A DNA stretch of 64,000 nucleotides, from positions 2,330-66,329 of the forward strand of contig CAJTVA010000004.1 in NCBI GenBank assembly GCA_910579585.1, given 5' to 3'. This document shows positions 47,246 through 56,730 of the stretch, piece after piece. How positions within the stretch are numbered: position 1 is the stretch's first letter; each line of letters opens with the position of its first letter. Below the pieces are notes generated by a model that was not told where the DNA came from, did no database searches, and saw only the letters and a list, made by a program, of their open reading frames with translations. The translations under genes were made by a program, and so were the position numbers. The DNA comes from an uncultured Christensenella sp. Its GTDB lineage: Bacteria; Bacillota; Clostridia; Christensenellales; Borkfalkiaceae.

Positions 47246-47274
47246 CAAAAAAGAGCGCACGAAAATTGCGCTCT
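47246..47274 (-). terminator. Terminator/attenuator hairpin between rpsO and pnp
   Basis: AGAGCGCA-auuuuc-GUGCGCUCU... followed by UUUUUU on the minus-strand RNA, 5 nt after the rpsO stop. Confidence 0.8.
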
Positions 47275-47279
47275 TTTTC

Positions 47280-47534
47280 TTACTTTCTTAAACCTAACGC
47301 TGCGACTATAGCACGGTATCTTTCGATGTCCTTGCTTTTGAGATAGTCTAAAAGACCGCGACGGCGACCTACCATCTTCAGAAGTCCGCGACGGGAATGG
47401 TTATCGTGAATATGCTCTTTGAGGTGCTCGTTAAGGTGATTAATTCTCTCGGTTAAAAGTGCGATTTGCACTTCGGGAGAACCGGTATCACCCTCCTTAG
47501 TAGCGTATTTTGCGATAATTTCCTGCTTTTCCAT
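47280..47534 (-). CDS. rpsO: 30S ribosomal protein S15
   Basis: 84 aa. [51 protein letters not shown] is the canonical S15 sequence. Confidence 0.97.
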   Translation of the reverse strand: MEKQEIIAKYATKEGDTGSPEVQIALLTERINHLNEHLKEHIHDNHSRRGLLKMVGRRRGLLDYLKSKDIERYRAIVAALGLRK

Positions 47535-47617
47535 TTAATTTATCCTCCTATGGAATATTTGCGGGAAACGAAGCACGCCGTAGAGTTTTCGCGCGGCTTC
47601 GTGACCGTAACGAAATT

Positions 47618-47646
47618 ATTTTAGCACGATGCTTATAAAAAAGCAA
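47618..47646 (-). promoter_or_regulatory. Candidate sigma-A promoter of rpsO
   Basis: Minus strand TTGCTT-N17-TAAAAT, giving a leader of about 75 nt that contains the 47568-47602 stem-loop. Confidence 0.4.
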
Positions 47647-47660
47647 ATGATTTTATTACA

Positions 47661-49019
47661 TTATTTGAACAGTTTTGCTCTTTCTTTGATAATTTTGTCA
47701 ACCTTGGAAATGTAGGTAGGAATATCTTTGGGCGCGGCGTAACGCTCTATTCTGTCCTCGTCGGAAAAATACCGTTTAGAAATAGCGTTGGCGCCTACTG
47801 CGACGGTTGAAGAAATTTCTTCCATAGTGTCTACGTTATAAACACAAGCTTTATCGGGTTTTGCCCAGCCGACATTTTCGAGTCCGCCCGCCTGATACTT
47901 CTGGCGGTAAAGATAATACGGCTCGTAGCCGGCGCCCATCAAAAGCTCGCGGGATGCGGCAATCATTTCCTCTACGCCTTTTACGTTGAGTTTCTTTGTT
48001 TCCTCTTTGAGCTTAGCGCCCGACTTCAACGATAACGTGTGAACCGTGATATTGGCGGGGTTCAAAGAAATTGCAGTCTTTAACGACTTTTCAAAGTCCG
48101 ACGGAGTTTCGTCGGTAAGCCCCGCTATTAAATCGAGGTTGATGTCAAAACCGTACTTTATCGCCGATTCATAGGCTTGCAACGTCTGCGCGGAGGTGTG
48201 CTTTCTGCCGATTTTTTCAAGGGTTGCGTCATTAAACGTCTGCGGGTTTACGCAAAGCCGCGTGACTCCGTATTCCTTTGCGGTTTTTAGCTTTTCCTCG
48301 GTAAAAACGTCGGGCCTGCCCGCTTCGACGGTATACTCGACAGTACCGTCGAAAATTGCGTTAATTGCGGCATATATGGGGGTCAATTGAGAATTTTTAA
48401 TCACGAAAGGCGTGCCGCCGCCGACATAAATCGAGCGCAAACCCGTAAGATAAGGCTTAACGGACTGAAGCTCTTTTATCAGGCAATTTATATAATTTTC
48501 AACATAAATTTCTGTCTTTGCTATGGGGGCGGTAATGAAAGAACAATAGTCGCATTTCGTAGGACAGAACGGCAAGCTGACGTATAAATCACGTCCTCCT
48601 TTTTTATAAACCCCCTCCTGCGCTTTCAATATGCGGGTCACAAGTTTGGTATTTTCTTCGGAAACGCACAAATCTTGAAAAAGTTTGAGGTAGTCACCAC
48701 CCGAAGCTTTTTCGGTATAAGCAAGCTTGGTGGGCCGTATCCCGGTGAGTGCGCCCCACGGGAGCGCTTTGCCCGTAGACTTAGACAGTGCCTTATATGC
48801 GGAAAGCTTTGCGGAACGCTTGGCAAGCCGTTTAAAAACTATATCGTTTTCCGCCTTATAATCTTCCTCAAAGTCGTAAAACTCGCCTTTAAACTCTATT
48901 GAATTGAGAAATTTGCCGCCCGAGCAAGAAAAATAATGTGTAAATTCTTCGTTTTCCGCATCAAATGCGCGTAGAACCAGCATTATTTCATCGCGCAAGC
49001 CCTCACTGTTAGTGTTCAT
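47661..49019 (-). CDS. hemZ: Radical SAM coproporphyrinogen-dehydrogenase-like protein (HemZ/HemN family)
   Basis: 452 aa. The radical SAM motif is LPFCPTKCDYCSF, followed by a HemN-like core (YVGGGTP). The HemZ symbol is tentative. Confidence 0.75.
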   Translation of the reverse strand: MNTNSEGLRDEIMLVLRAFDAENEEFTHYFSCSGGKFLNSIEFKGEFYDFEEDYKAENDIVFKRLAKRSAKLSAYKALSKSTGKALPWGALTGIRPTKLAYTEKASGGDYLKLFQDLCVSEENTKLVTRILKAQEGVYKKGGRDLYVSLPFCPTKCDYCSFITAPIAKTEIYVENYINCLIKELQSVKPYLTGLRSIYVGGGTPFVIKNSQLTPIYAAINAIFDGTVEYTVEAGRPDVFTEEKLKTAKEYGVTRLCVNPQTFNDATLEKIGRKHTSAQTLQAYESAIKYGFDINLDLIAGLTDETPSDFEKSLKTAISLNPANITVHTLSLKSGAKLKEETKKLNVKGVEEMIAASRELLMGAGYEPYYLYRQKYQAGGLENVGWAKPDKACVYNVDTMEEISSTVAVGANAISKRYFSDEDRIERYAAPKDIPTYISKVDKIIKERAKLFK

Positions 49020-49627
49020 TAGTCGTTCCTTATATATGGATTGTAGGCACGCTCGCGCGAAAGGGTTGTATCTTCGCCGTGCCCGGCATAAATTTTGTAA
49101 TCGCCGTAAAGTGCGGCAAGGCGCTTTACGCTTTTACTAAGCTCCGTAAAGTTACCCGTAGGCAAGTCCCACCTGCCAACGCTGCCGCAAAAAAGAGTGT
49201 CGCCCGTAAAAATCATGTCGCCCGAAACGTAGCACACACTGCCGACGGTATGTCCAGGCGTTTCCAAGACCTTAAAGTTTATTCCGCAGAGGGTTATTTC
49301 CTCGCCGTCTTTAAAGGTGCGGCAAATTTCAAATTCGGGAACGGTTACGCCGCCAAAAATATTTAAATATTCCTTGATGAAAATAAGGTCCTTTTCGCGT
49401 TCGTTGCAACATATACTGGCACCAATTGAAAATAGTTCGCCGCAAGCGCCCACGTGGTCGAAGTGACCGTGAGTCAATAAAACATATTTACAGGAAAGCC
49501 CGTTTTCTTTTAAAATCTTTAAAATTCTTTTCTCCGACGGGTCTATGACTACGGCTGTCCTTCCGTCCGCGGTTAAGATATATGAATTTGAGGCAAAGCC
49601 AACGGGTAAAATCTTCGAAACTCGCAT
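49019..49627 (-). CDS. MBL-fold metallo-hydrolase (glyoxalase II-like)
   Basis: LLTHGHFDHVG and GHTVGS motifs. The ATG at 49625-49627 is preferred over the TTG at 49642. Neither has a clear SD, so the start is uncertain. Confidence 0.8.
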   Translation of the reverse strand: MRVSKILPVGFASNSYILTADGRTAVVIDPSEKRILKILKENGLSCKYVLLTHGHFDHVGACGELFSIGASICCNEREKDLIFIKEYLNIFGGVTVPEFEICRTFKDGEEITLCGINFKVLETPGHTVGSVCYVSGDMIFTGDTLFCGSVGRWDLPTGNFTELSKSVKRLAALYGDYKIYAGHGEDTTLSRERAYNPYIRND

Positions 49628-49638
49628 ATATGTGGGGG

Positions 49639-51774
49639 TCAATTGGTTGTTCTGTACACATCGAGGACACGTTTGTCGCGTTTTAACCGGTTAATTAAAA
49701 GGTCGATATCCGAGCGTTTATTGAGCTTAACGCGCACCTCTACTTCTGCCAGTTTATCCTTATTTATTCTGCCGCTGATCTGCGTAAACGAAAGGTGCAT
49801 TGCGGCGATTTCCGAAATAACGTACGCAGTAACGCCATCGTAGTTGTCGGATATAATTTTAATATCAGCCAAAAAGTCCGCGTCTATATCGCCCGTCCAT
49901 TGCGCGGGTTGCAGACGGTTTTTGTCTGCGTCGGAAAGGTTAGAGCAATCGGCGCGGTGAACGATTACCCCTCTTCCACGAGAAACGAAGCCGACGATTT
50001 CATCACCCGGTACGGGGTTACAGCAGTGCGCGAAGTGCACGGACAGTCCGCTCATTCCGTTTATAGTCACACTGCCCGCAGGGGTGTGCTTCAATTTGCC
50101 CGAATCGACAATTTCGACGGGCTTAGGCGTTTCCTTTTTATAGTAGTCTATAAGCTTGAAAATTACCTGATTTACGCTGACGGCGCCGTAACCGACAGAT
50201 GCCATCATCTCGTTCACCGAACTAAAAACAAGCTTATTGGAAAGTTTTTTGAACGAGCTTTCGGTCAAAAGGTCGTTGAGGTTATACCCCTTGCGCTTCG
50301 CCTCGGCTTCGAGCATAGTTCTGCCCGTTTTGGCGTTCTCTTCTTTCATCTCGCGCTTGAAAAACTGTCTTATTTTCGCGCGGGCGGAGCCTGATTTTAC
50401 AAATTTAAGCCAATCCCACGACGGACCGCGGGAGCTCGACTGGGTTAGAATTTCAACGACGTCACCCGTGGTGAGTGTAGAATTCAAGGCGACCATTTTG
50501 CCGTTGACCTTGGCGCCTACGCACTTGTTACCAACCTCGGAGTGAATTGCATATGCGAAATCAACCGGGGTGGCTTCAAGCGGCAGTGAAATTACCTTGC
50601 CGTGCGGAGTAAAAACCAAAAGCTCGGTATCATAAAGGTCGTTTTTAAGGCTGTCAACGAATTCTTTGGACTCGTTCAAGCTGCCTTGCCAGTCCATAAC
50701 ATCGCGTATCCAGCTTATCCTTTCGTCGAAAGAAGTCGACTTGTCGGCGGAGCGGTTCTCTTTATACTTCCAGTGCGCGGCGATACCGTATTCAGCCATC
50801 TTGTGCATTTCAACGGTGCGAATCTGGATTTCGAAGAATTGCCCGAAGTTAGTCACTACGGTGGTGTGCAACGACTGATACAAGTTGCGCTTGGGAGTGG
50901 CGATATAGTCTTTTATTCTGCCCGGAACGGGCTTCCATTTCATATGAATTTTGCCCAGTATTTCATAGCACTCGTCCGTTTTATCGACTATAACGCGAAC
51001 GGCGGTTAAATCGTAAATCTGGTCGAGGGTCTTGCCCTGATTTTTCATTTTACGGTAAATCGAATAAAAGTGCTTGGGTCTGCCTATGACTTCGCCCTTT
51101 ATCCCGCTTTCGGACAAAATTTCCTTTATCTCGTTTACGACGAACTCGACGAAAGACTTCCTCTCCTCCAACTTCTGGTGAATGTTTGTTACCAGAAATT
51201 CATAGGCTTCGGGGTCGAGATATTTAAGACATAAATCTTCAAGCTCGCACTTAATCTGTGAAATACCGAGTCTGCCCGCAAGCGGGGTGAAAATATCAAG
51301 CGTTTCTTTTGCGATACGCTGTTGACGCTCGTCCGAAAGAAAGTTGAGCGAGCGCATATTGTGCAGGCGGTCGGCAAGCTTTATGATAATTACTCTGACG
51401 TCGTTTGCCATTGCGACGAAAATTTTTCTGAAATTTTCGGCGTCCTCTTCCTCGTGGGTACGAAACGTGATTTTATCAAGCTTTGTTACTCCGTCAACCA
51501 AAGTCATTATTTCTTTACCGAAACGGCGGGAAATATCGTCGGGAGTGGCGGGCGTATCCTCTACCACGTCGTGTAAAAAAGCCGCGGCGACAGTTGACGT
51601 ATCCAAACCCAAATCAACGAGAATTTCCGCAACCGCGCAGGGGTGCGTAAAATAGGGCTCGCCAGAGGCGCGCTTCTGACCGCTGTGCATTTCCTTTGCG
51701 TAGTCGTAAGCCGACAGCAAAAGCGCACAGTCATCGGCGGAATAATTCTTTTTTATCTTTTCAATGACGTCCAT
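49639..51774 (-). CDS. relA: Bifunctional (p)ppGpp synthetase/hydrolase, RelA/SpoT (Rel) family
   Basis: 711 aa with HD hydrolase (HPCAVAEIL...LHDVVEDT), synthetase (YRSLHTTV-like: YQSLHTTV), TGS and ACT-like C-terminal domains. Confidence 0.95.
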   Translation of the reverse strand: MDVIEKIKKNYSADDCALLLSAYDYAKEMHSGQKRASGEPYFTHPCAVAEILVDLGLDTSTVAAAFLHDVVEDTPATPDDISRRFGKEIMTLVDGVTKLDKITFRTHEEEDAENFRKIFVAMANDVRVIIIKLADRLHNMRSLNFLSDERQQRIAKETLDIFTPLAGRLGISQIKCELEDLCLKYLDPEAYEFLVTNIHQKLEERKSFVEFVVNEIKEILSESGIKGEVIGRPKHFYSIYRKMKNQGKTLDQIYDLTAVRVIVDKTDECYEILGKIHMKWKPVPGRIKDYIATPKRNLYQSLHTTVVTNFGQFFEIQIRTVEMHKMAEYGIAAHWKYKENRSADKSTSFDERISWIRDVMDWQGSLNESKEFVDSLKNDLYDTELLVFTPHGKVISLPLEATPVDFAYAIHSEVGNKCVGAKVNGKMVALNSTLTTGDVVEILTQSSSRGPSWDWLKFVKSGSARAKIRQFFKREMKEENAKTGRTMLEAEAKRKGYNLNDLLTESSFKKLSNKLVFSSVNEMMASVGYGAVSVNQVIFKLIDYYKKETPKPVEIVDSGKLKHTPAGSVTINGMSGLSVHFAHCCNPVPGDEIVGFVSRGRGVIVHRADCSNLSDADKNRLQPAQWTGDIDADFLADIKIISDNYDGVTAYVISEIAAMHLSFTQISGRINKDKLAEVEVRVKLNKRSDIDLLINRLKRDKRVLDVYRTTN

Positions 51775-54061
51775 AATTCGTTACCGTATTATATAAAGGA
51801 GAATTTTCAAGCTTGGTTTTTACGCCGCGAAAAACTTCCAGTTTGCCGTTTTCAAAAGTGATAAGCCCGAGCTGTTCGAAAACTTTCAGGGCGAAGAAAA
51901 CCTGCAATCTGTCGCCTAGGGGGTTGCGTTTTGCGACTTCTTCCGCTGTGGCGCCGTCAAGGTTGCCTGCGTTTGCGGAAACTTGTGCAAATATATTCAA
52001 AAGCCTTTCTCTGTCAGCGTCAAGGCGATATATTGCTTCGGATACGGGCGCGTTTTCTACCGCAAACACTTCACACGAAAGCGACGGAATATGCGCGGCG
52101 CAGAACATATTATCTAAAAATATTGCCCGTTTGTAGCCGCTTAAATCAGCGTCGTCCGTAGGCGCGGCTAGAATTTGCGTCGCAAAGTTTTTCATAGACG
52201 GGAAAAACAGTTCGCAAGTAAGCTTATCAGCATTTTTATAAGCTGTACGGACGGAGCTGTTCCACGTTATAAACGCCGTACCTGTCGCTTTTTCGCTCAT
52301 CAAAAGCTCCGCTTCTTGCTTAGATATAGTCGAAATTTTTAAACCGGTTTTCTTTTCGGAAAGGGTACTGATTAGGGAAAAGGCTATTTCCTCACCCGAA
52401 AGTTCTACAGCTTCGTTGCCGTAAATAACGTCGCGGACGAAGCCCTTTACGTACTCCTTACCCTTGAAAGTAGAAATGTTGTATTCGTAAATAAGCTTTT
52501 TGGGCGCTCCGCTTTCCAAAATTCTTGCGTATTTCGCGCCGCCGAAGCACATAAATTCTATTTTTTGATTCTTTATAGAAAGGTGTTGGGAAAAAGGCTT
52601 CAATGTCCGTGCGGGGAGAGCCGAAGCTTCCGCCGTGAACAAGGGACGGCGGTTGCCGACTCCGTACGGCTCTAAAAGCTCCATTTCCTTTACGAGCTTG
52701 GGAGAAAAGTCGGCAAGACTGCCGTTGACGTAAACCGTGGGGATAAAATCTTCTTCCGTATAGTTCGACGTCATATACTCTTCAAGCGCAACGGAAAGAT
52801 TTTCAAACTCATCCTCGGCTACGTTTACGCCCGCCGCCTGCGAGTGTCCGCCGAACTCGGTTAAGTACTGACCGCAGGCTTTCAGAGCTTCAAATATATT
52901 TACCGTTTCCACCGAGCGCGCGGAACCTTTAAGCATATTTCCGTGTTTGACGAACAATATCGCGGGGCGGGAAAACTCGTCAGCAAGGCGAGCGGCAACT
53001 ATGCCGACAAAGCCCGAATTCCAATTTTCATTGCAAAGGAGAATGATTTTACCTATAGTGCCTTTTTCCTTTATCATTTCCTTGGCGCTTAAATACAGCT
53101 CGTCACAGCATTTCTGACGCTCGATATTATATGCAGTGAGTTTTGCCGACAGGTCGAAAATTTTATTTTCATCGGTTTCGCTGAAAAGGTCGAGCGCGGC
53201 TTTTGCATCGCCCATTCTTCCCGCAGCGTTTATTTTGGGTGCAAGCGTGAAAGCCAAGGTCTGGGCAGTTACGGCGTCGGTCTTTGTAAGAAATTGCTTA
53301 TAGCATTTCGATGGGTTATCCCTTATTATTTTCAAGCCCTCGTGAACGATGTCGCGGTTTTCGCCCGTAAGTGGAACACTGTCCGCAACCGTGGCTATGG
53401 CGGCAAAATCGAGGTACTTATATGCGTTTTCGCCGTTTAAAGCGCAACCGACCTTGAACGCGACGCCTGCGCCGCAAAGATTGTCGTAGGGATAGCCGTC
53501 GTTGAATTTCGGGTTAATACATATACAGTCGGGTATCCTGTCGGGGAGCTCGTGATGGTCGGTTACAATTACCTCAGCGCCCAATTCCTTTAAATATTCC
53601 ACTTCCGCCGCGCAAGATATACCGCAGTCTACCGTGATGAAAAGCTGAGGGAAATATTCATCGAAAATTTCGTCTATTACGGCTATGGAAAGACCGTAAC
53701 CGTTTTTACGTTCGGGAACAATCACAACGGGTTCTATTCCGAAATCGCACAGGGCTTTGCCCATTACAGTCGACGCGCATACTCCGTCGGCGTCATAGTC
53801 TCCGTAGACGACGACGGACCACTCCTCGTCGCGGGCAAGGCGGATAAGCTCGACGGCTTCCTGCATTCCGCTCATTTTAAATGGCGAAACAAAGTGAGCC
53901 TTTGACGGGCGCATAAAGCTTTCTATCGAGGATACGTCGCGCACTCCCCTGCCGTAAAGAATTTTTACCGTTTCTTCGCAAAGGTTGCATTCTTTTGCAA
54001 GGCGGCGCACTATATTCAGTTGTTCGTCGGAAAATTCAAATTCCGGTAAAATTCTTTTCAT
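51761..54061 (-). CDS. recJ: Single-stranded-DNA-specific exonuclease RecJ
   Basis: 766 aa with DHH motifs (VYGDYDADGV, VDCG, VTDHH) and DHHA1 (GGHSQAAG). Confidence 0.93.
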   Translation of the reverse strand: MKRILPEFEFSDEQLNIVRRLAKECNLCEETVKILYGRGVRDVSSIESFMRPSKAHFVSPFKMSGMQEAVELIRLARDEEWSVVVYGDYDADGVCASTVMGKALCDFGIEPVVIVPERKNGYGLSIAVIDEIFDEYFPQLFITVDCGISCAAEVEYLKELGAEVIVTDHHELPDRIPDCICINPKFNDGYPYDNLCGAGVAFKVGCALNGENAYKYLDFAAIATVADSVPLTGENRDIVHEGLKIIRDNPSKCYKQFLTKTDAVTAQTLAFTLAPKINAAGRMGDAKAALDLFSETDENKIFDLSAKLTAYNIERQKCCDELYLSAKEMIKEKGTIGKIILLCNENWNSGFVGIVAARLADEFSRPAILFVKHGNMLKGSARSVETVNIFEALKACGQYLTEFGGHSQAAGVNVAEDEFENLSVALEEYMTSNYTEEDFIPTVYVNGSLADFSPKLVKEMELLEPYGVGNRRPLFTAEASALPARTLKPFSQHLSIKNQKIEFMCFGGAKYARILESGAPKKLIYEYNISTFKGKEYVKGFVRDVIYGNEAVELSGEEIAFSLISTLSEKKTGLKISTISKQEAELLMSEKATGTAFITWNSSVRTAYKNADKLTCELFFPSMKNFATQILAAPTDDADLSGYKRAIFLDNMFCAAHIPSLSCEVFAVENAPVSEAIYRLDADRERLLNIFAQVSANAGNLDGATAEEVAKRNPLGDRLQVFFALKVFEQLGLITFENGKLEVFRGVKTKLENSPLYNTVTNYGRH

Positions 54062-54077
54062 ATTCTTCTAAAATACG

Positions 54078-54101
54078 CAAAAAGGCGGGTTGCCCCGCCT
54101 T
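54078..54101 (-). terminator. Rho-independent terminator after secF
   Basis: AAGGCGGGG-caac-CCGCCUU followed by UUUGCGUAUUUU on the minus-strand RNA. Confidence 0.75.
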
Positions 54102-54112
54102 AAAATTTTAAT

Positions 54113-55129
54113 TTATTTCTGGGTTGATTTCGCCGTTTTGGAGCGAGATTTTTTCTTCATATTGTCGCCGATAAGCTTAAACCGCGAATAGACGGACGGA
54201 ACGAAGAACGTCGTACCGTATGCGCAGGAAATAAAGCTTACAAGCGAGCAAAGAACGGGCGATATTATCGCAAGCGGAGACAAAGAGCTTATCGACAGAA
54301 GGACGAACAGCACTACGGATACCGTGGCAAGGCAAGCGGGCATTACCGTATTTATAACAAAGCTTTCGTCAGCGCTTTTGTCAACGACTTCATATGCGGT
54401 GAGCTTTTTAAGGTCTTCGTCCTTGAAATTTTTGCGCATTCTGTCGAAGAGGAAGCAAGTGCCTATTACCGTCAAGGCAACCGTAATAACCGCATAGGTT
54501 GCAATTGAAGAACCGACGGGGATACGCGTCAGCGCCATAAGCATAAGGAAGAGCCCTAGGTTATGGAAATCGGCAAGTATTGCGCCGAGCGCCATAGTCA
54601 GCTTGTAGCGGATAACGAAATACACAAAGTGCAGAACAATTATAACCGCGACTGCAACCGCCGCCATAGATACGGCGTAGCCGCTACTTAAAAGAGTTTC
54701 AGCGGTCGTCGCCATTGCAACATTGTCCGTTGAACTGTCTTCAATAACCTCGGCAATCTTATCGTTGATTATGCTTGCCGCATTTTTGAGTTTGCCCGAA
54801 TCGGTCGAATAAACAAATCTGTAAGTTACCGTGCCGCCCGTTGACGTTGTGCCCTCGACAACGCTGTAACTTTTTACGCCTTCCGCTTTGAAGGCTTCGT
54901 CGCAGAAGCCCTTGATTTGTTCGACGGGTTCTACTTCGTTACCCGAAAAATCAGTGGTTTCGTATGCGACGGTTACGCTTTTATAGCTGGCTAAGTCTTC
55001 GGAATAATTGAAAAATCCGTTCGCAACGCTTTGACAGATTATACCGACGAGAAGCCCGACGACAATAACTGCAACCGAAATTATTATGAGCAAGTGCATT
55101 CTGGAAGAGAGCTTGAAATTAGTCTTCAT
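54113..55129 (-). CDS. secF: Protein translocase subunit SecF (divergent)
   Basis: An N-terminal TM helix and a periplasmic domain are followed by a C-terminal TM bundle. The segment ALGAILADFHNLGLFLMLMAL...TVIGTCFLFDRMRKN matches the SecF DVIITLG...VVFDRIREN region. The ATG at 55129 is preferred, because the track start at 55156 is a GTG. Confidence 0.75.
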   Translation of the reverse strand: MKTNFKLSSRMHLLIIISVAVIVVGLLVGIICQSVANGFFNYSEDLASYKSVTVAYETTDFSGNEVEPVEQIKGFCDEAFKAEGVKSYSVVEGTTSTGGTVTYRFVYSTDSGKLKNAASIINDKIAEVIEDSSTDNVAMATTAETLLSSGYAVSMAAVAVAVIIVLHFVYFVIRYKLTMALGAILADFHNLGLFLMLMALTRIPVGSSIATYAVITVALTVIGTCFLFDRMRKNFKDEDLKKLTAYEVVDKSADESFVINTVMPACLATVSVVLFVLLSISSLSPLAIISPVLCSLVSFISCAYGTTFFVPSVYSRFKLIGDNMKKKSRSKTAKSTQK

Positions 55130-56588
55130 CGTCAAACACCTCCCTTTTGAAGCCACAGAAGCCGAACTTGTCCCTCATGGGTGAAGAAACGACATACCAC
55201 ATAAATCTTGTAAACCAGTACAGCGCGTAAGAAGCGACTGTCGCGATAAACAGTATCAGTCCGCACGCCGCAAGCTCGCCCGTACAAATGAGCGCGACAA
55301 GAGCCGCGACGACGAGAATTACGATATGCAAGTCAAGTATTGTAGCAAGGCATTTTCTGTATCCCGTCTTTACGGAAGCCTGAATGGTTCTGCCTGTTAA
55401 AGTTTCTTTTCTGACTGCTTCGAAAACGTGGAAGTTCGAGAATGCAAGAAGCGCAAAACCTAGAAGCAACATAAACGCGCCTACAACCGTGAATTGAAGT
55501 TCGGTAAGGAAAATCGCCGTTATCATTACTGCCGCAAAGGTGAGAAGAACGAGCGCGTTCACAAGACCGAGTTTTTTGTATCTTACTATCGAAGCCACGG
55601 CCGCGCCTACAAGCACGAGAAGCAAAAGCACGAAAAGTACGATAACCGCGGCGTCGCCGTAAGTAGCCGTCAAGGCGATAACTTCGGTATCACTGCCTCC
55701 GTCGTTGTAGTTGTTGGCAAGTACATTGTCGGTAGTAACGGAATTTAATATTATTGCAAAATCTTTTGCGTACGCCTCGTTTACGGAGAAGCCGAGCGTT
55801 TTACTCTGTAAGCTTTCGCCGTAATTGATTGAAAGCTGCATACAGGTATCACCGACGAAGATATAAACCGAACCTTCGGATTCGCTGAGAAGCAAATTGC
55901 TGAGCCGCGAATAGCCGTCGTCCGTAAGGTTCATTCTTACATAGTGGTTGCCAGCCAAAGCGTAATAATTTACGTCTTTGAAGAACGTTGCGAAGCCGCC
56001 TGCGTTTACGCTTATAACCGACTTTGCCGTATCGTCCGTGCCGTTACGGAGGTCAAGCTCGCCGCTTAAAGTCAGGTAGTTGAACGTGTAGCCTATTGCC
56101 GTAAGCTCGCTTTCGCGCGAAGCGCTGTCAAGCTCTTTATAAGCGGCGTAGGTGAAATTCGTGGGAACGGACACGCGGATAACGAAGCTGTCTACGACGC
56201 TTACGGAATAACTCGTATAGCCCTTTGCGCCGAACCTTGCGTTAATTATAGCCGCGTCGGAAGAAACGCTTGATTTGAACTCCGCTTCCTGTTCGGCGGT
56301 TTCAATCAGCTCGTTCTCGACGTAGACGCTGCCGCGTTTCTGATAATTGTCTTTCTCGTCGGGGGTCGAAGCGACTTTCAGATTATAGTCGGCTTCGGAA
56401 ATAACGCCCTCGGGATAAAAAAGCGCGTAAGCCTCGCCCGTGAGGTCGCCGCCCATATGAATGGAACTTACGAATGAATTGTATCTGTCAACCTCGTTCA
56501 AAGGGCAGGATATTACGGCAAATAGCGATAATATTAAAACTGCGGCAACGACAAGCGCGGTTATAATCGCCGATTTTACTTTACCCAT
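55119..56588 (-). CDS. secD: Protein translocase subunit SecD (divergent)
   Basis: 489 aa. The C-terminal TM bundle contains FHVFEAVRKETLTGRTIQASVKTGYRKCLATILDLHIV, which matches the SecD VLIFERIREE...AFSTILDANIT region. The conserved position upstream of secF, recJ and relA supports the call. Confidence 0.75.
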   Translation of the reverse strand: MGKVKSAIITALVVAAVLILSLFAVISCPLNEVDRYNSFVSSIHMGGDLTGEAYALFYPEGVISEADYNLKVASTPDEKDNYQKRGSVYVENELIETAEQEAEFKSSVSSDAAIINARFGAKGYTSYSVSVVDSFVIRVSVPTNFTYAAYKELDSASRESELTAIGYTFNYLTLSGELDLRNGTDDTAKSVISVNAGGFATFFKDVNYYALAGNHYVRMNLTDDGYSRLSNLLLSESEGSVYIFVGDTCMQLSINYGESLQSKTLGFSVNEAYAKDFAIILNSVTTDNVLANNYNDGGSDTEVIALTATYGDAAVIVLFVLLLLVLVGAAVASIVRYKKLGLVNALVLLTFAAVMITAIFLTELQFTVVGAFMLLLGFALLAFSNFHVFEAVRKETLTGRTIQASVKTGYRKCLATILDLHIVILVVAALVALICTGELAACGLILFIATVASYALYWFTRFMWYVVSSPMRDKFGFCGFKREVFDDED

Positions 56589-56659
56589 CTCTACTCCTAT
56601 ATGATTTCCGCAAAGCCTGAGCTTGCGGCTTCTTATTATTCGGTAATCAAACTTACTAT

Positions 56660-56688
56660 ATTATAGTAAAAAAAATTTAAGCCGTCAA
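56660..56688 (-). promoter_or_regulatory. Sigma-A-type promoter of secDF
   Basis: Minus strand TTGACG (56688-56683), a 17-nt spacer, then TATAAT (56665-56660). Confidence 0.55.
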
Positions 56689-56730
56689 TAAATTTGCGTT
56701 TGTATGTAAAAAATTTACAATTTTTAACGG

